The notes beneath the pieces are model-generated. The model did not search any database, was not told the DNA's origin, and saw only the letters and a program-made list of their open reading frames with translations. Below, one piece after another: positions 1-11,000 of a stretch of DNA of 64,000 bases. The DNA comes from Bugula neritina. Taxonomy: Eukaryota; Animalia; Bryozoa. The stretch lies in NCBI GenBank assembly GCA_964035545.1, contig OZ037769.1, positions 7,359,929-7,423,928 of the forward strand, in the 5' to 3' direction. The first letter of the stretch is position 1, and every line of letters starts with the position of its first letter. The position numbers and the translations under genes were made by a program.

Positions 1-1003
1 CGACCTACACTTTTTCATGTTATACAACCCCAGAACATAACACCGATAGGGTGCTTAATTGTTCGAAAAATACATTAGGGGTTATATTTCTCATACTGGT
101 ATCTTTTAACACAACAGTTTCCAGCATGATTGTTCACATTAAATATGGATTAATCTGAAAAAACTACTTTTTTTCTAATTATTCACTGTCTAATTACCAG
201 GCTCCCTGGCCCACCGTAACCGGCTTTTTTGCTGCTTCTCGGTTATTTGAGGCTTCTTCTTGCTTTGCAGCCATGTAAACCATGGCTCAGCAATCTTGTC
301 TTATCAGAGATGTCGAAGCTGGTGTTCCTGTTGATTCTGATTATTCCTTGCCTACTCAAGACTTGTTTTATGGCAATCTTTCTTGCTGATCCCAATGAGA
401 ACCTTGTCATCTCTAGGTGTGCTTTTTTTGGTCGGCCATTTTCAGGTCCATCTGCTACACTACCAGTGTCCATAAACTTCTTGATAATTTGATGTACACT
501 TGTCTTTACTTTGCCAACCTTTTCAGATATTTTCCTAATTGAATAACCTTCTTTGTGCAAGAAAATTATTACAAACTCTGCCTCTGAAGGAAGATTTACA
601 GCTCTCATTTAGTCTATGCGCAGCGCCCAAGTGGACAGCATGTAAAAGCTCACAACTAAATGACAGATTTCAAATTATGGAAGAAAGTCATACTTTATGT
701 TATCATGATGCCATGCACAAAATCTAATTTCACTATTTAGCCTTTTGTGGTTATAAAAGTCGATAAACTTTGGTTACATAAAAATACAGGAGTTGCGCTT
801 CCCTAGCTGCTTGTGCAGTTGGCCCAAAAATGGGTACAAAACATCACAACAGCAAGAATTCAGAAGATGGAAATTGTAGAGCACATTCTAAGGGTCATTT
901 TGATATATAAAACTTGCAGGAAGATATTAAGAACTTACAAGAAATGCCTATTAAACAAGATACATAGAAATTTCTGCAAGCGTCCTTAAACTTTTTCACA
1001 TCA

Positions 1004-1006
<3 letters not shown>
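1..1006 (-). mobile_element. Degenerate Tc1/mariner DNA transposon (5' part; continues out of window)
   Basis: Minus ORF 243-608 resembles the Tc1 paired-like HTH (LHKEGYSIRKISEKVGKVKTSVHQIIKKFMDTGSV...GRPKK). A broken KKVVFSD(ES) catalytic-domain start lies near 145-190. A TIR-like end CAGTGATGTGAAAAAGTTT (minus) starts at 1006 beside TA. Stops and frameshifts are present. Confidence 0.8.

Positions 1007-1036
<30 letters not shown>
1007..1036. repeat. (TA)n microsatellite
   Basis: Pure TA run; similar runs at 1611-1656 and ~38602-38626. Confidence 0.95.
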
Positions 1037-1039
<3 letters not shown>

Positions 1040-1347
1040 CAATCTGTGGACAGCGGCTGTTTCGGGGTTTGTCCCCTCATCAGCACAGAACAGAGTACCA
1101 TGGCCCACACCTTCGCAATAGTAGAAACTTATGTTTCTACTAAAGCATATTTAAAAGGTGTGTAAACTCAAGCCAGAGAGCTCAAGTGACTCTAGGGGTC
1201 ACCTAGGAGTCACGAGCTTTGCAAAATGCTAGCAGCTTGAGTTTGAGACCATGGTGAGAGAGCTCAATCACTGAATGTCATTGCTGAGCATTAAGTGAGA
1301 GCATAATACCTCAATCTGTGGACAGCGGCTGTTTCGGGGTTTGTCCC
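1034..1347 (-). mobile_element. Retrozyme / Penelope-like non-autonomous unit (272-nt period) in a (TA)n tract
   Basis: A 42-bp direct repeat (1034-1075 = 1306-1347) is spaced 272 nt apart. It contains one complete and one truncated hammerhead, many internal stems, and TA runs on both sides. Confidence 0.8.
1043..1089 (-). ncRNA. Type I hammerhead ribozyme (minimal)
   Basis: Minus strand reads tctgtg-CTGATGA-gggg acaaa cccc-GAAA-cagccgctg-TC-cacaga. It has an intact core, 6-bp stem I, 4-bp stem II, a short stem III and a GUC triplet, with predicted cleavage between 1049 and 1048. Confidence 0.9.
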
Positions 1348-1354
1348 GAATATA

Positions 1355-1554
1355 TATATTTGGTACTAATACAATTTTGGATATAAAAATAAATTTAGAT
1401 CTTCATTTATTGACTACAATATTGTTTCACGTAGTGCGAGCGTACACACAACGACCTGATGATCGTAGCTCGCACTACGTGAAACAATATTGTAGTCAAT
1501 AAATGAAGATCTAAATTTATTTTTATATCCAAAATTGTATTAGTACCAAATATA
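1355..1554. repeat. Perfect inverted repeat, 87-bp arms with 26-nt loop (Penelope-type inverted pLTR-like)
   Basis: 1355-1441 is the exact reverse complement of 1468-1554. Confidence 0.92.
1453..1497 (+). ncRNA. Second minimal type I hammerhead ribozyme (variant)
   Basis: gac-CTGATGA-t-cgtag ctcgca ctacg-t-GAAA-caatattg-TA-gtc, with palindromic stem III and a GUA triplet. Stem I is only 3 bp, and a U-U replaces the usual R-Y pair closing stem II. Confidence 0.7.
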
Positions 1555-1607
1555 AATACTCTATTTTTCGAAATATTGAGTTCTTTTGATTCATTTTTAA
1601 TTATAGA

Positions 1608-1664
<57 letters not shown>

Positions 1665-2092
1665 AATAATATGTACCGGAGATATGTGGTACATACAACG
1701 TCTACATGTTACACCTGAGTAAGATGTTTGTAGGTGTTACAAAGTGTTATATTAATAGAGTTTGTGGTCGTCATTTACAACAATTAGTTATATGTCACAT
1801 CTAAAACTTGGACCACAGCTATAACTAAAATAAGTAAAAAGCAAGTTTGAGTTTCTTTGCAATAGTGTAAAAATTGAAAACTTATGAGAAACAAACAAAT
1901 AATAAATAAACTTATTTCCAAAGTCGACAAAAAAGTTTTATACACTTTGCATAAAGTAGAACTCTATTAATGTTAGGTGAAATTCTTATGAGAAATTGTA
2001 CCTAAATAGTGCTTTAATTTCTGCTGCCTAAATCATTGGCCAGCGAGCAGGTGAAATAAGGCTTGCTATTAGACATACTTCTATAACTGTAG

Positions 2093-5000
2093 GAGATAAC
2101 TCCGACTACATATCAAATGTGGTGACTGGTGGTAGAACCAGCGAAATTCCTGCTGGAGATGGGCAAGGCTCGTGGCTATTGTTTCAGGAACAAGATGAGC
2201 ATCTCACATATGGTCCAGTGGGTGAGCCAAGTTTTAGCTTTATTTATGATAAGTTTGTGAGACATAGAAGTTTTCTTTATCTCATCGAATTTGAAGGCTT
2301 TTCTAATTTTGGCCATTGTAGAAAATCTTAATATTTATTTGAATTGAATCTCCAATACTATTAATATTACTAAGCTAGATGCTGATAAATATGTTTTGGC
2401 TGCTATAAATTAAAAAAAATTGTAATTATTTTACAGAAAATATTTCTTATTTTTAGGTTCATTGAATGATGAACAAGCATTTATTGGAAAAATAGCAGGC
2501 CTTCAAATATTTTCCCGATATATCAGCTTAGCAGAGATTCAGATTGTGGGTTGTGGCGGCTCTAAAGCAGATTTGTTCAACTCTGACCACAGTGCCCAAT
2601 CACTAGTAATAATGGAAGGAGTATCTCGATCATTGTCATTTCTACAGCCATGCACTCCCAAATCTGGTGAGGGAGTTATCTACTCATATTCAGTAATCGC
2701 GTAATATCAAACTGTTTCAACAGAGTTAAAAAATTTCGGTCAACTTTGTATACTAGACAAAGGGTTAGGGTAATTGTAATTGGTTGTAATTAATTACATG
2801 TTTTCAATTAATTGAATATAATTTGTAATTGATGTATAAAACTGTAATTGTAATTAATTACATATCTAAGGTAATTGATTTTTACAATTACTTTATAACT
2901 ACTGTTGTGAGTTTTAGCACAATTATCAAGCGTGGATTGCCTGCGTATTTAGTTTCAATTTAACTAGCAACTACTAACAGAGCTTGCGCACGATAACCTT
3001 TATTTAACTCGATAGACATAATTATAACATTACATCAAAACCACAATACATCAATCAATTATAAACACATCTTACTACTACGAGCCCCTTCTCTCAACAA
3101 CACATGGTTTCTGCTAGCTAACCCGCGCACAGTCACTTGACCGGAACCTTGTCTTCCGGTCCCTCTGATTGGATAGTAGAACATAGTTATAAGTATTCCA
3201 TACAGGAGGGGACGACTCCATTATTATACTACGTAATCCCATTACACCACCTACATGTCAATATTTTTTCAAACTTTGAAATCTTAAAAATTTCATTGTT
3301 TCGCCTTAACTTCTATAAATATATACAGCATGTAGGTCTTTGAGGATTAGGATCTGGTATATCAAGTTGAGTTATGCTTTAAGCTTCTAGTGAAGCAATT
3401 TTTCTGCATAGTGTGGTGGCTCGTGGAGCTACCAGCAACACAATACGCAAGGTTGCGTATTGACCCGGAACAATGTATTAGCCAATTAGCTAGGCTGTTT
3501 TATAAGTAATAGTAGCCGCTTCGCGCTACTAGTTCAGTTGAGGATAGTGCTGTAAACTAAATAGACGTGCGTATCATTACTGTTGTACATTGGATTTTTA
3601 TTATGTATTCTTGTATTAAATATAACGATATCTACTCGACTTAACTGGTGAAGTTTCTCTAGTGTTAAATAGACTCTCTTAGTGACACATCAACCCTAAA
3701 TCTGAAAACTATAACAGTGGTGGCAGCAGTGGGATAGTGTATATCAAAGATGGAGACTGAAAATGCTAGAATGCAACCACCCCCAGTAGAAGGTGAGCGT
3801 AGAAATGCTGTTAATCCTGTGAATCGTGAAGGAGAAGAAGCTTATAGACATTGCTTGAAAGCTCCCACCTTTACTGGGTCGGAAGATGTCGAACAATTTA
3901 TACAAGAATTTAGAGAGGTAATGGAAGTTGCTCAATGGCCGCATAGAGTGGCCCTTATCAAATTGCGGAGGGCGGTGACGGAGCAAGCCAAGCCGTACGG
4001 AGTGGGAACGGACGTAGACGGCATACTGGCTGCGCTGCGGGCCCGTTTTGGCACCTCCATCATAGACGCCAGGACCAAGCTGGAGAGATTGTGCCGCACC
4101 CCGCGGACCTCGCTACAAGAACATGCCGCGACGGTGAAGAAGCTGGCGCAGATTGCATATAGCGATCTGCCAGCACAACACCAAGAGCGTTACACCTATG
4201 ACGCCTTTGTCCAGTCCCTAAACGACCTGGGCCTAGACCATCACCTACGAGCTAAAGGGATAACCAGAATAGAGGATGCCCTGAAGGCTGGAGAAGCTTA
4301 CCTGTTGGCTACCCAAATGCATCGAGCACAACGGAACCCACCAGTAGTTGGAGTCAGCGCTGCTCGGGCTACGACAGGCTCCGAAGCCCTCCCGCTGGAA
4401 GCCGAAGTGGACCGTATGGTAGAGATGCTGGGACAATTGGTGACCATTCTGGCCGGTGCTGGCCCCGGTCAGGCCTTGCGGATGCCCCCAACACCTGTGG
4501 GGCAAGGCTGGAGTAGCGCTGATCAGGACCAGGGACAGAAAGGACGACCCCAATACCAGGGGGCGTTAAACTGTCACGGCCCGCGGACACTCTCCCTCCC
4601 CGCGGGCCGCAACTAAAGGAGTATGGTGGAACACGCCGTCGTCTGTCCGTACGGACCCGGCGGAACATTCTACCCGAGTGGCAGGTACCACGCAGGACTA
4701 GTAGGCCCGCACAACGGCCTAGTACCTTTTCCCTGCCACTCGCTAACCGGTTTCACCGGTTACCTCGGGAGGAGGAGCCCGCCACCGAAATGGAGCCAGA
4801 AGGCCCAGTGGAGAGGCCCAAACCCCGCCGGCACCAACCTCGCCGCCGGAAGCCCCGTAAACCACGGGTGGAACCCCCGCCGTCCTGTCAAACCAGGACA
4901 GCACATGCGGGGGGGGTGAAAGTACAACCACATGGAGAGAGCTATTTCCTACCCGGAAAGGTGGCCGGCAACGCCGTCACTTTCCTGCTCGACTCCGGTT

Positions 5001-8000
5001 GTACTACCAACCTTCTCAGCCGTAGAGTCTTTGAGGCACTGCCCCGCCGGGACAGGGATAGAGTACGACCGTATACTGGAGAACATGGCACCCTGGCAGA
5101 CGGGTCATGTATCCCCTTTTATGGTATTATCGAGCTCCCTGGGCGTGTCCGAGATCAGGCTGTACAGGAGACCTTTATCATAGGTCAACTGGAGGAAGAT
5201 GCTATCCTCGGCATGCCCTTCTTGAAGCAACACCAGTGCCGAATAGATTTTAGTAAGTCGGTGGTGCTGATGGGCGGGCGAGAACTCGCCTGTGTGGATA
5301 AGTTTGGGCGTCCTCTGGTGGGCGGTGTTCAGGTAGTTCGGAACTGCACCGTACCCGGACGCTCCAGAGCTACTATCCACTGCCGAGTGAACAGCAACCG
5401 GATAGCCAGGCTCGGGGTCGTTGAAAGCGCGCACGAAAAGATCCAACTCGCCAGTAGTCTAAACCGACTAACTGAGCGAGGGGAGGTCTTAGTGCAGTGC
5501 GTCAACCCCTTTACCGAGCCCATTGAGCTCCCAGCTGGGTCAATGCTGGGCCGGTTCCATTCCGTCCAGGAAGAGGACGTGGGCCCGTCGCTGGGTGACG
5601 CGACGGAGGCACCCCCTCGACACCCTATTCAGGGACGAGGGGCAGTCCCGACACATCTCCGGGAGTTATACGAAACAGCCAGTGGCGGCTGCGCGAGTAA
5701 CAGAGAACGCCAAGCTATGGCCAAGTTACTACGCGACTACGGTGATGTGTTCAGCAGCGGGGAGAATGACGTGGGACTGACTGGAATTGTCAGACACGAA
5801 ATACCGCTGACTGCAGGGACAGTCCCTGTCCGGCAGCCCACGCGCAGGCTGGGGCCGGAGAAAGAGAAGGAGGTTAGCCGACAAGTACGGGATCTTCTGG
5901 ACCGGGGACTGATAGAGCCCGCCCATAGTGCGTGGAGCTCGCCAGTCGTACTGGTCCGGAAGAAAGACGGCAGTTGGCGGTTCTGTGTGGACTACCGCAA
6001 ACTCAATAGCGTAACCATACAGGACGCCTACCCTCTACCTCGTATTGACGAGTCATTGGACGCCCTAGCCGGCAGCAAGTACTTCAGTACGTTAGACTTG
6101 CTAAGCGGCTATTGGCAGGTTCCTCTGAGTCCCGACGCCCAGGAGAAAGCGGCGTTTATCACACGGGACGGTTTGTGGAAGTGGAAGGTGCTGCCCTTCG
6201 GGTTAACCTCCGCCCCAGCCACCTTCCAGAGGCTGATGGAACAAGTCCTTAGCGGACTCCATTGGAAGACACTGCTGGTCTACCTCGATGATGTCATCGT
6301 AATCTCTCCAGACTTCGAGACACATGTCAGTCGTCTGCAGGAGGTTTTCGAGAGACTCCGAGGTGCCGGTCTTAAGCTCAAACCTTCCAAGTGCGCTCTA
6401 TTGCAGCCGGAGGTCAAGTACCTGGGGCACGTTGTCGGTCGAAACGGCGTGGCAACGGATCCCGAAAAGGTACGGGCAGTAGAAGACTGGGTCACCCCCC
6501 AAGACTTGACCGGACTCCGGGCTTTCTTGGGGCTGGTAGGGTATTATAGGCAATACATACCAGACTTTGCGGGCATAGCCCAGCCGCTAAACCGGCTTAC
6601 CGCAAAGGGAGTGACAAAGCAGTGGACTCCAGTCGAACAAGAAGCGTTCGACCGCCTCAAGGGCTGCCTCCTAACGGCGCCCATCTTGGCCTACCCAGAC
6701 CCCACTCTGGAGTACATCCTAGACACAGACGCCAGTGACCAGAATGTTGGCGCTGTGCTGTCGCAAGTGCAGGACGGCCGAGAAGTAGTAGTAGCCTACT
6801 ACAGCAAGTCTCTCTCTCCCGCTGAACGAAATTACTGCACTACCCGCAAGGAGCTGCTGGCAGTAATCAAGTCAGTGAAGCACTTCAGACCATACCTATA
6901 TGGCAGGAAGTTCCGGCTGCGTACGGATCATGCCTCGCTGATCTGGTTGTGCAGGAGAGCAGAGCCCTCCAGTCAGGTCGCCCGGTGGCTCGAAATCCTA
7001 GCTGAATTCTCGTACCGGATCGAACACCGACCGGGCAAGAGACACAGCAATGCAGATGGGTTGAGTCGCCGACCTGACGGAGGTTGTAAACAGTGTCTCA
7101 ACATCGAGAGGAGGGATGGAGGTCCCCCACGATGCGAGTTGGAGACGCTGGCTCATCACGGAGCACCGTTTGACTGGGATCAAGGTCAACTCAGGCAAAG
7201 AGTTGATGAGTCCCCGGAGGATGTACAAAACCTCCGCGCCAACCCTGTACTGGCCGGTAATGTTCGAGAGCTGAAGAAGCTCCAAGAAGAGCTGCCGGGA
7301 GTCGTGGCAGACATCTACCGGGCCAAAAGGGAAGGGCGACGACCCAGCGAGGAACGCATACGACAGGGATGCGCCGAGTTCCGGCTATACTGTCAGCGTT
7401 GGGACTCGCTGCGGATCGGGCAGGATGGGTTGCTAACCATCTCTCTAGCTGCCAGCGGCAGACACCCGGAAAGGAAGAGGGTAGTCTGCCCCACAGCCAT
7501 CCGCCGTGAGTTGATTTGGGATACTCACAAGCAGGCTCACGCAGGGGTCAAGCGAGTGATATCCAAATTACGACTCCGGTGGTATTGGCCGCAGATGGAG
7601 CGTGACGTCCGGCTCAGAGTCAAACAGTGTGAGATCTGCCAGGCCAGTAAGCATAGCCGCCCCCCTGGTGAAGCAGGACGGCGGAGGCTATATGCTGGTA
7701 GGCCCTGGCAAGTGGTCGCTGTAGACCTGGTCGGACCCATGCCCCTGACCCCCAGAGGCAATAATTGGATCCTAGTACTAACCGACCACTTTACTAGGTG
7801 GGCGGATGCTCTGGCTATCCCAGATGCATCAGCCCCAACAGTGGCCAGGGCACTAGACCAACATGTATTCTGTTATTTTGGGCTTCCCGAACAGATACAC
7901 TCTGATCAAGGCGCTCAATTCCAGTCTCAACTGATGAGCGACCTTTGCCACCTCTGGGGAGTAAATCAGAGCAGGACCACCCCCTACCACCCTCAAGGTA

Positions 8001-11000
8001 ACGGGGTGGTGGAGCGCAACAACCGGATGCTAGGTGATGCGCTCCGGAGTCTCCTCCTTGGACGAGGTCAAGAGGAATGGGATACGGTGTTGCCGCAAGT
8101 CATGCGTGCATACTGTAGCACCCCACACACCAGTACTGGTGAGACCCCAAACCTCTTGATGCTCGGGAGAGAGACTCGTGTCCCTGACCATCTCACCTAT
8201 CACGTTCCAGAGCAGGATAACTCAGTCCATGAGTATGCCAGTGAACTAGTGGAACGGATGAAGGCCGCACACGAGATACTGCGTCAACAGCAGTGGAAGG
8301 TGCGGCACGAAGATTCCGATGAACCACCCCTCTATCAAAGAGGAGATAAGGTGTGGATGGTCAATTACCGTAGGCGCCGCGGACAGGCTGATAAGCTGAA
8401 GCCTAAGTTCGTAGGCCCCTACGTGGTCGCCGAGGCTATGCCCAATCATACGTACAAGATTGAGCGCTCAGGACAGGTGTCTATCCAGAATGAGTCTCGC
8501 TTGAAACCGTATTGGGCTAGCCCCGACGGAGTGGGAGAAGCCCCCCCGTTGTTAGAGCCCAGGAGGCAGACAACGACGCGCGGGCGACGGCGGCATGGAC
8601 CTGAATACGAAGTGGTCATACCGCGGGAGGAAAACTTGGTGAGAGAGGAGCGGCAGCTTTTGTCAACAGAAGCGTGTCCGCCACCGCCAAGTCTAATTCC
8701 ATCACTTCCAGAAACCGAGCCGGTTCCGGAAGTGCAAACCCCCACGGAGGGAGGGGCTCCATCCGGAGAACAAGAAGAGGTGACCACTAACGGTGAAGTA
8801 GAGACGCCATTAGAGGCCCCTACTAACGAACCGGCAAGTGTGTCACCCCCCCTAGAGAGGGGACAGCGTACGAGGAAGCCCCCACCGTATTTGAAAGACT
8901 TCATATGTGACTGCATTAGAAGCGGCGCACATGAAAGTCTAGGGGAAAACCGTACGATAAAATGTTGGAGTTGTGAACCCCACGCAAATATCAACTTTTG
9001 CGAGGGCGGAATAGTGGGAGGAATTAATGCGCGTAAAGCAAATAGTTCCGATCTCGTGCCTCAGAAACGATGCTCAGCCTTTTCTTATGCTGACATCGCC
9101 AAAGGCAGACGTATCTCACAACCAGCTCCAACCTTACCAAGAACGTTGAGTATGGACATTAATACCGAGTTCCCAGGTAAGCCAGTATAAGTCTTGTATT
9201 CCTATTCATGGAAACGGGCTCGATGCCAGTAGATTCTGAACTAATTCAGCAGATTGAATCAGAATTACTGGGAACCACGTTTCATGTGAATGACGATGAA
9301 GACACTGTAATGGCCGATGGTCTGTTAGACCTGGAGCTAGACACTGTTCTTGGTCAGTCCACACATGATTCATCAGTTCCTCGAGTGCATTCCAAAAGCA
9401 GTGACTCTCAGGCTAACAACGGTCGACAGTCACTAGAATTAGGTTGTAAAGATCCACCGCGATCTAACACTAATTCTACTTTTGTAGACACACTCGCGCC
9501 CGTCTCTCCGGGCATGCCTTCTCTAGAGATGGCGTGGGACTCAGAGCCGGCCCCAACAACTTCTACCACCAGGAAACTGCCACCCCCAGTTGGAAGCAAC
9601 CTCCAACTGGATTACCCCTGCCACAGAGAGAGAGATCAGGACCCATCAAGGAGGTGAGGGTAATCGTGAATGCAACCTCTGCCAGCAGCGATTCACGACC
9701 CACCGCAGACTAAAAGTACACTTGCCGCAACACTACATCACCACTTTCTGCCCTTGCGGAGAATATAGCTACAATCGTGATTACCTGTTGCGGCACCAAC
9801 GTACTATGCAGTGTTATCAAGGGCATGTCTATGAAGTAGACGAATCATCCTATCCTGCCTTTCTCAACGCCATCAAACCACTCATCACTGACTCAGCTCG
9901 GCTATCTCGCCTGGAGCAAGGCTTCCCTTCCCCGCGACCCATCATCTCTAAAGCCGCAGATAAACCTACACAGTCTACTAACTCTCCACCTCACAGTCCT
10001 ATACGCATGCCGCATACCTTTCCTCGGGTCGTACTACAGAGAGTAGACACCAATGCGTATACACTCCCTCCTCCCCTTCCATCCTCAGAGCGGAAAAGAC
10101 ACAGGCAGCCAACTTCCTCTCGCTCGTCCCCCTGGGCCCGTAACCTACGTGAGGTAGAAGCTAGGGCGCATGACTTGGAGCAAGAAGTGTACAGGCTGGC
10201 CCCACGGGTACAGGCAGCATCCAGTGAACTCAAATACTTACAGGAGTCTATTAAACGCATAAAGCGTGCGGCCCGCAGTTAACTCGAGTCTACCTACAAC
10301 TCCCTACTACTCATTCCCCTACCTCTCTGTGGCATTCCCTACTATAATGGTGGCACGTACTCTACATGTAGATAGGATCTTCTCTTGCTTATTACTTAGT
10401 GCACGTTATATATACCTGTATATTTTTTACCAGTTGTTGTTTTTTTTTTGTATATACTTTTATACTGTTCTCTTACCCCCCACAACGAAGTATACGTTTT
10501 TTTTATGTGAATCTTATTTTATCAGAAAGTGGGCTTTCTGCTGGAGGGGGCAGTGTGGTGGCTCGTGGAGCTACCAGCAACACAATACGCAAGGTTGCGT
10601 ATTGACCCGGAACAATGTATTAGCCAATTAGCTAGGCTGTTTTATAAGTAATAGTAGCCGCTTCGCGCTACTAGTTCAGTTGAGGATAGTGCTGTAAACT
10701 AAATAGACGTGCGTATCATTACTGTTGTACATTGGATTTTTATTATGTATTCTTGTATTAAATATAACGATATCTACTCGACTTAACTGGTGAAGTTTCT
10801 CTAGTGTTAAATAGACTCTCTTAGTGACACATCAACCCTAAATCTGAAAACTATAACAATATCTTATATTATATAGTACTATAACTGTGTACAACAAATG
10901 TTTTTAGGGTTCATCCCCTCATAAGCACAGAACAGAGCACCATAGCCCATACTCTAACAATGAAAAATCGAATGTTTCTACTAAAATATATTTGAAATGT

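Larger units (their letters stand above)
3412..10858 (+). mobile_element. Full-length Ty3/Gypsy LTR retrotransposon with extra 3' ORFs
   Basis: Identical 305-bp TG..CA LTRs, PBS, gag, pol in PR-RT-RH-IN order and a PPT; flanks ATAG/ATAT. Confidence 0.97.

Noticed and set aside
2761-2770. AGGGTTAGGG as an interstitial telomere
   Set aside because: Fewer than two units; better explained as the end of the GTAATT-rich repeat.
4623-4919. 98-aa ORF in the gag frame as a separate gene or stop-readthrough product
   Set aside because: It overlaps the open -1 pol frame in GC-rich sequence and does not lead into protease; the frameshift cassette explains the region.
4245-8994. Antisense ORFs within gag/pol
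   Set aside because: Expected shadows of a GC-rich coding strand; no recognisable motifs.
9208-10282. env gene
   Set aside because: No signal peptide, furin-site/fusion-peptide arrangement or TM anchor; the features are nuclear-protein-like.
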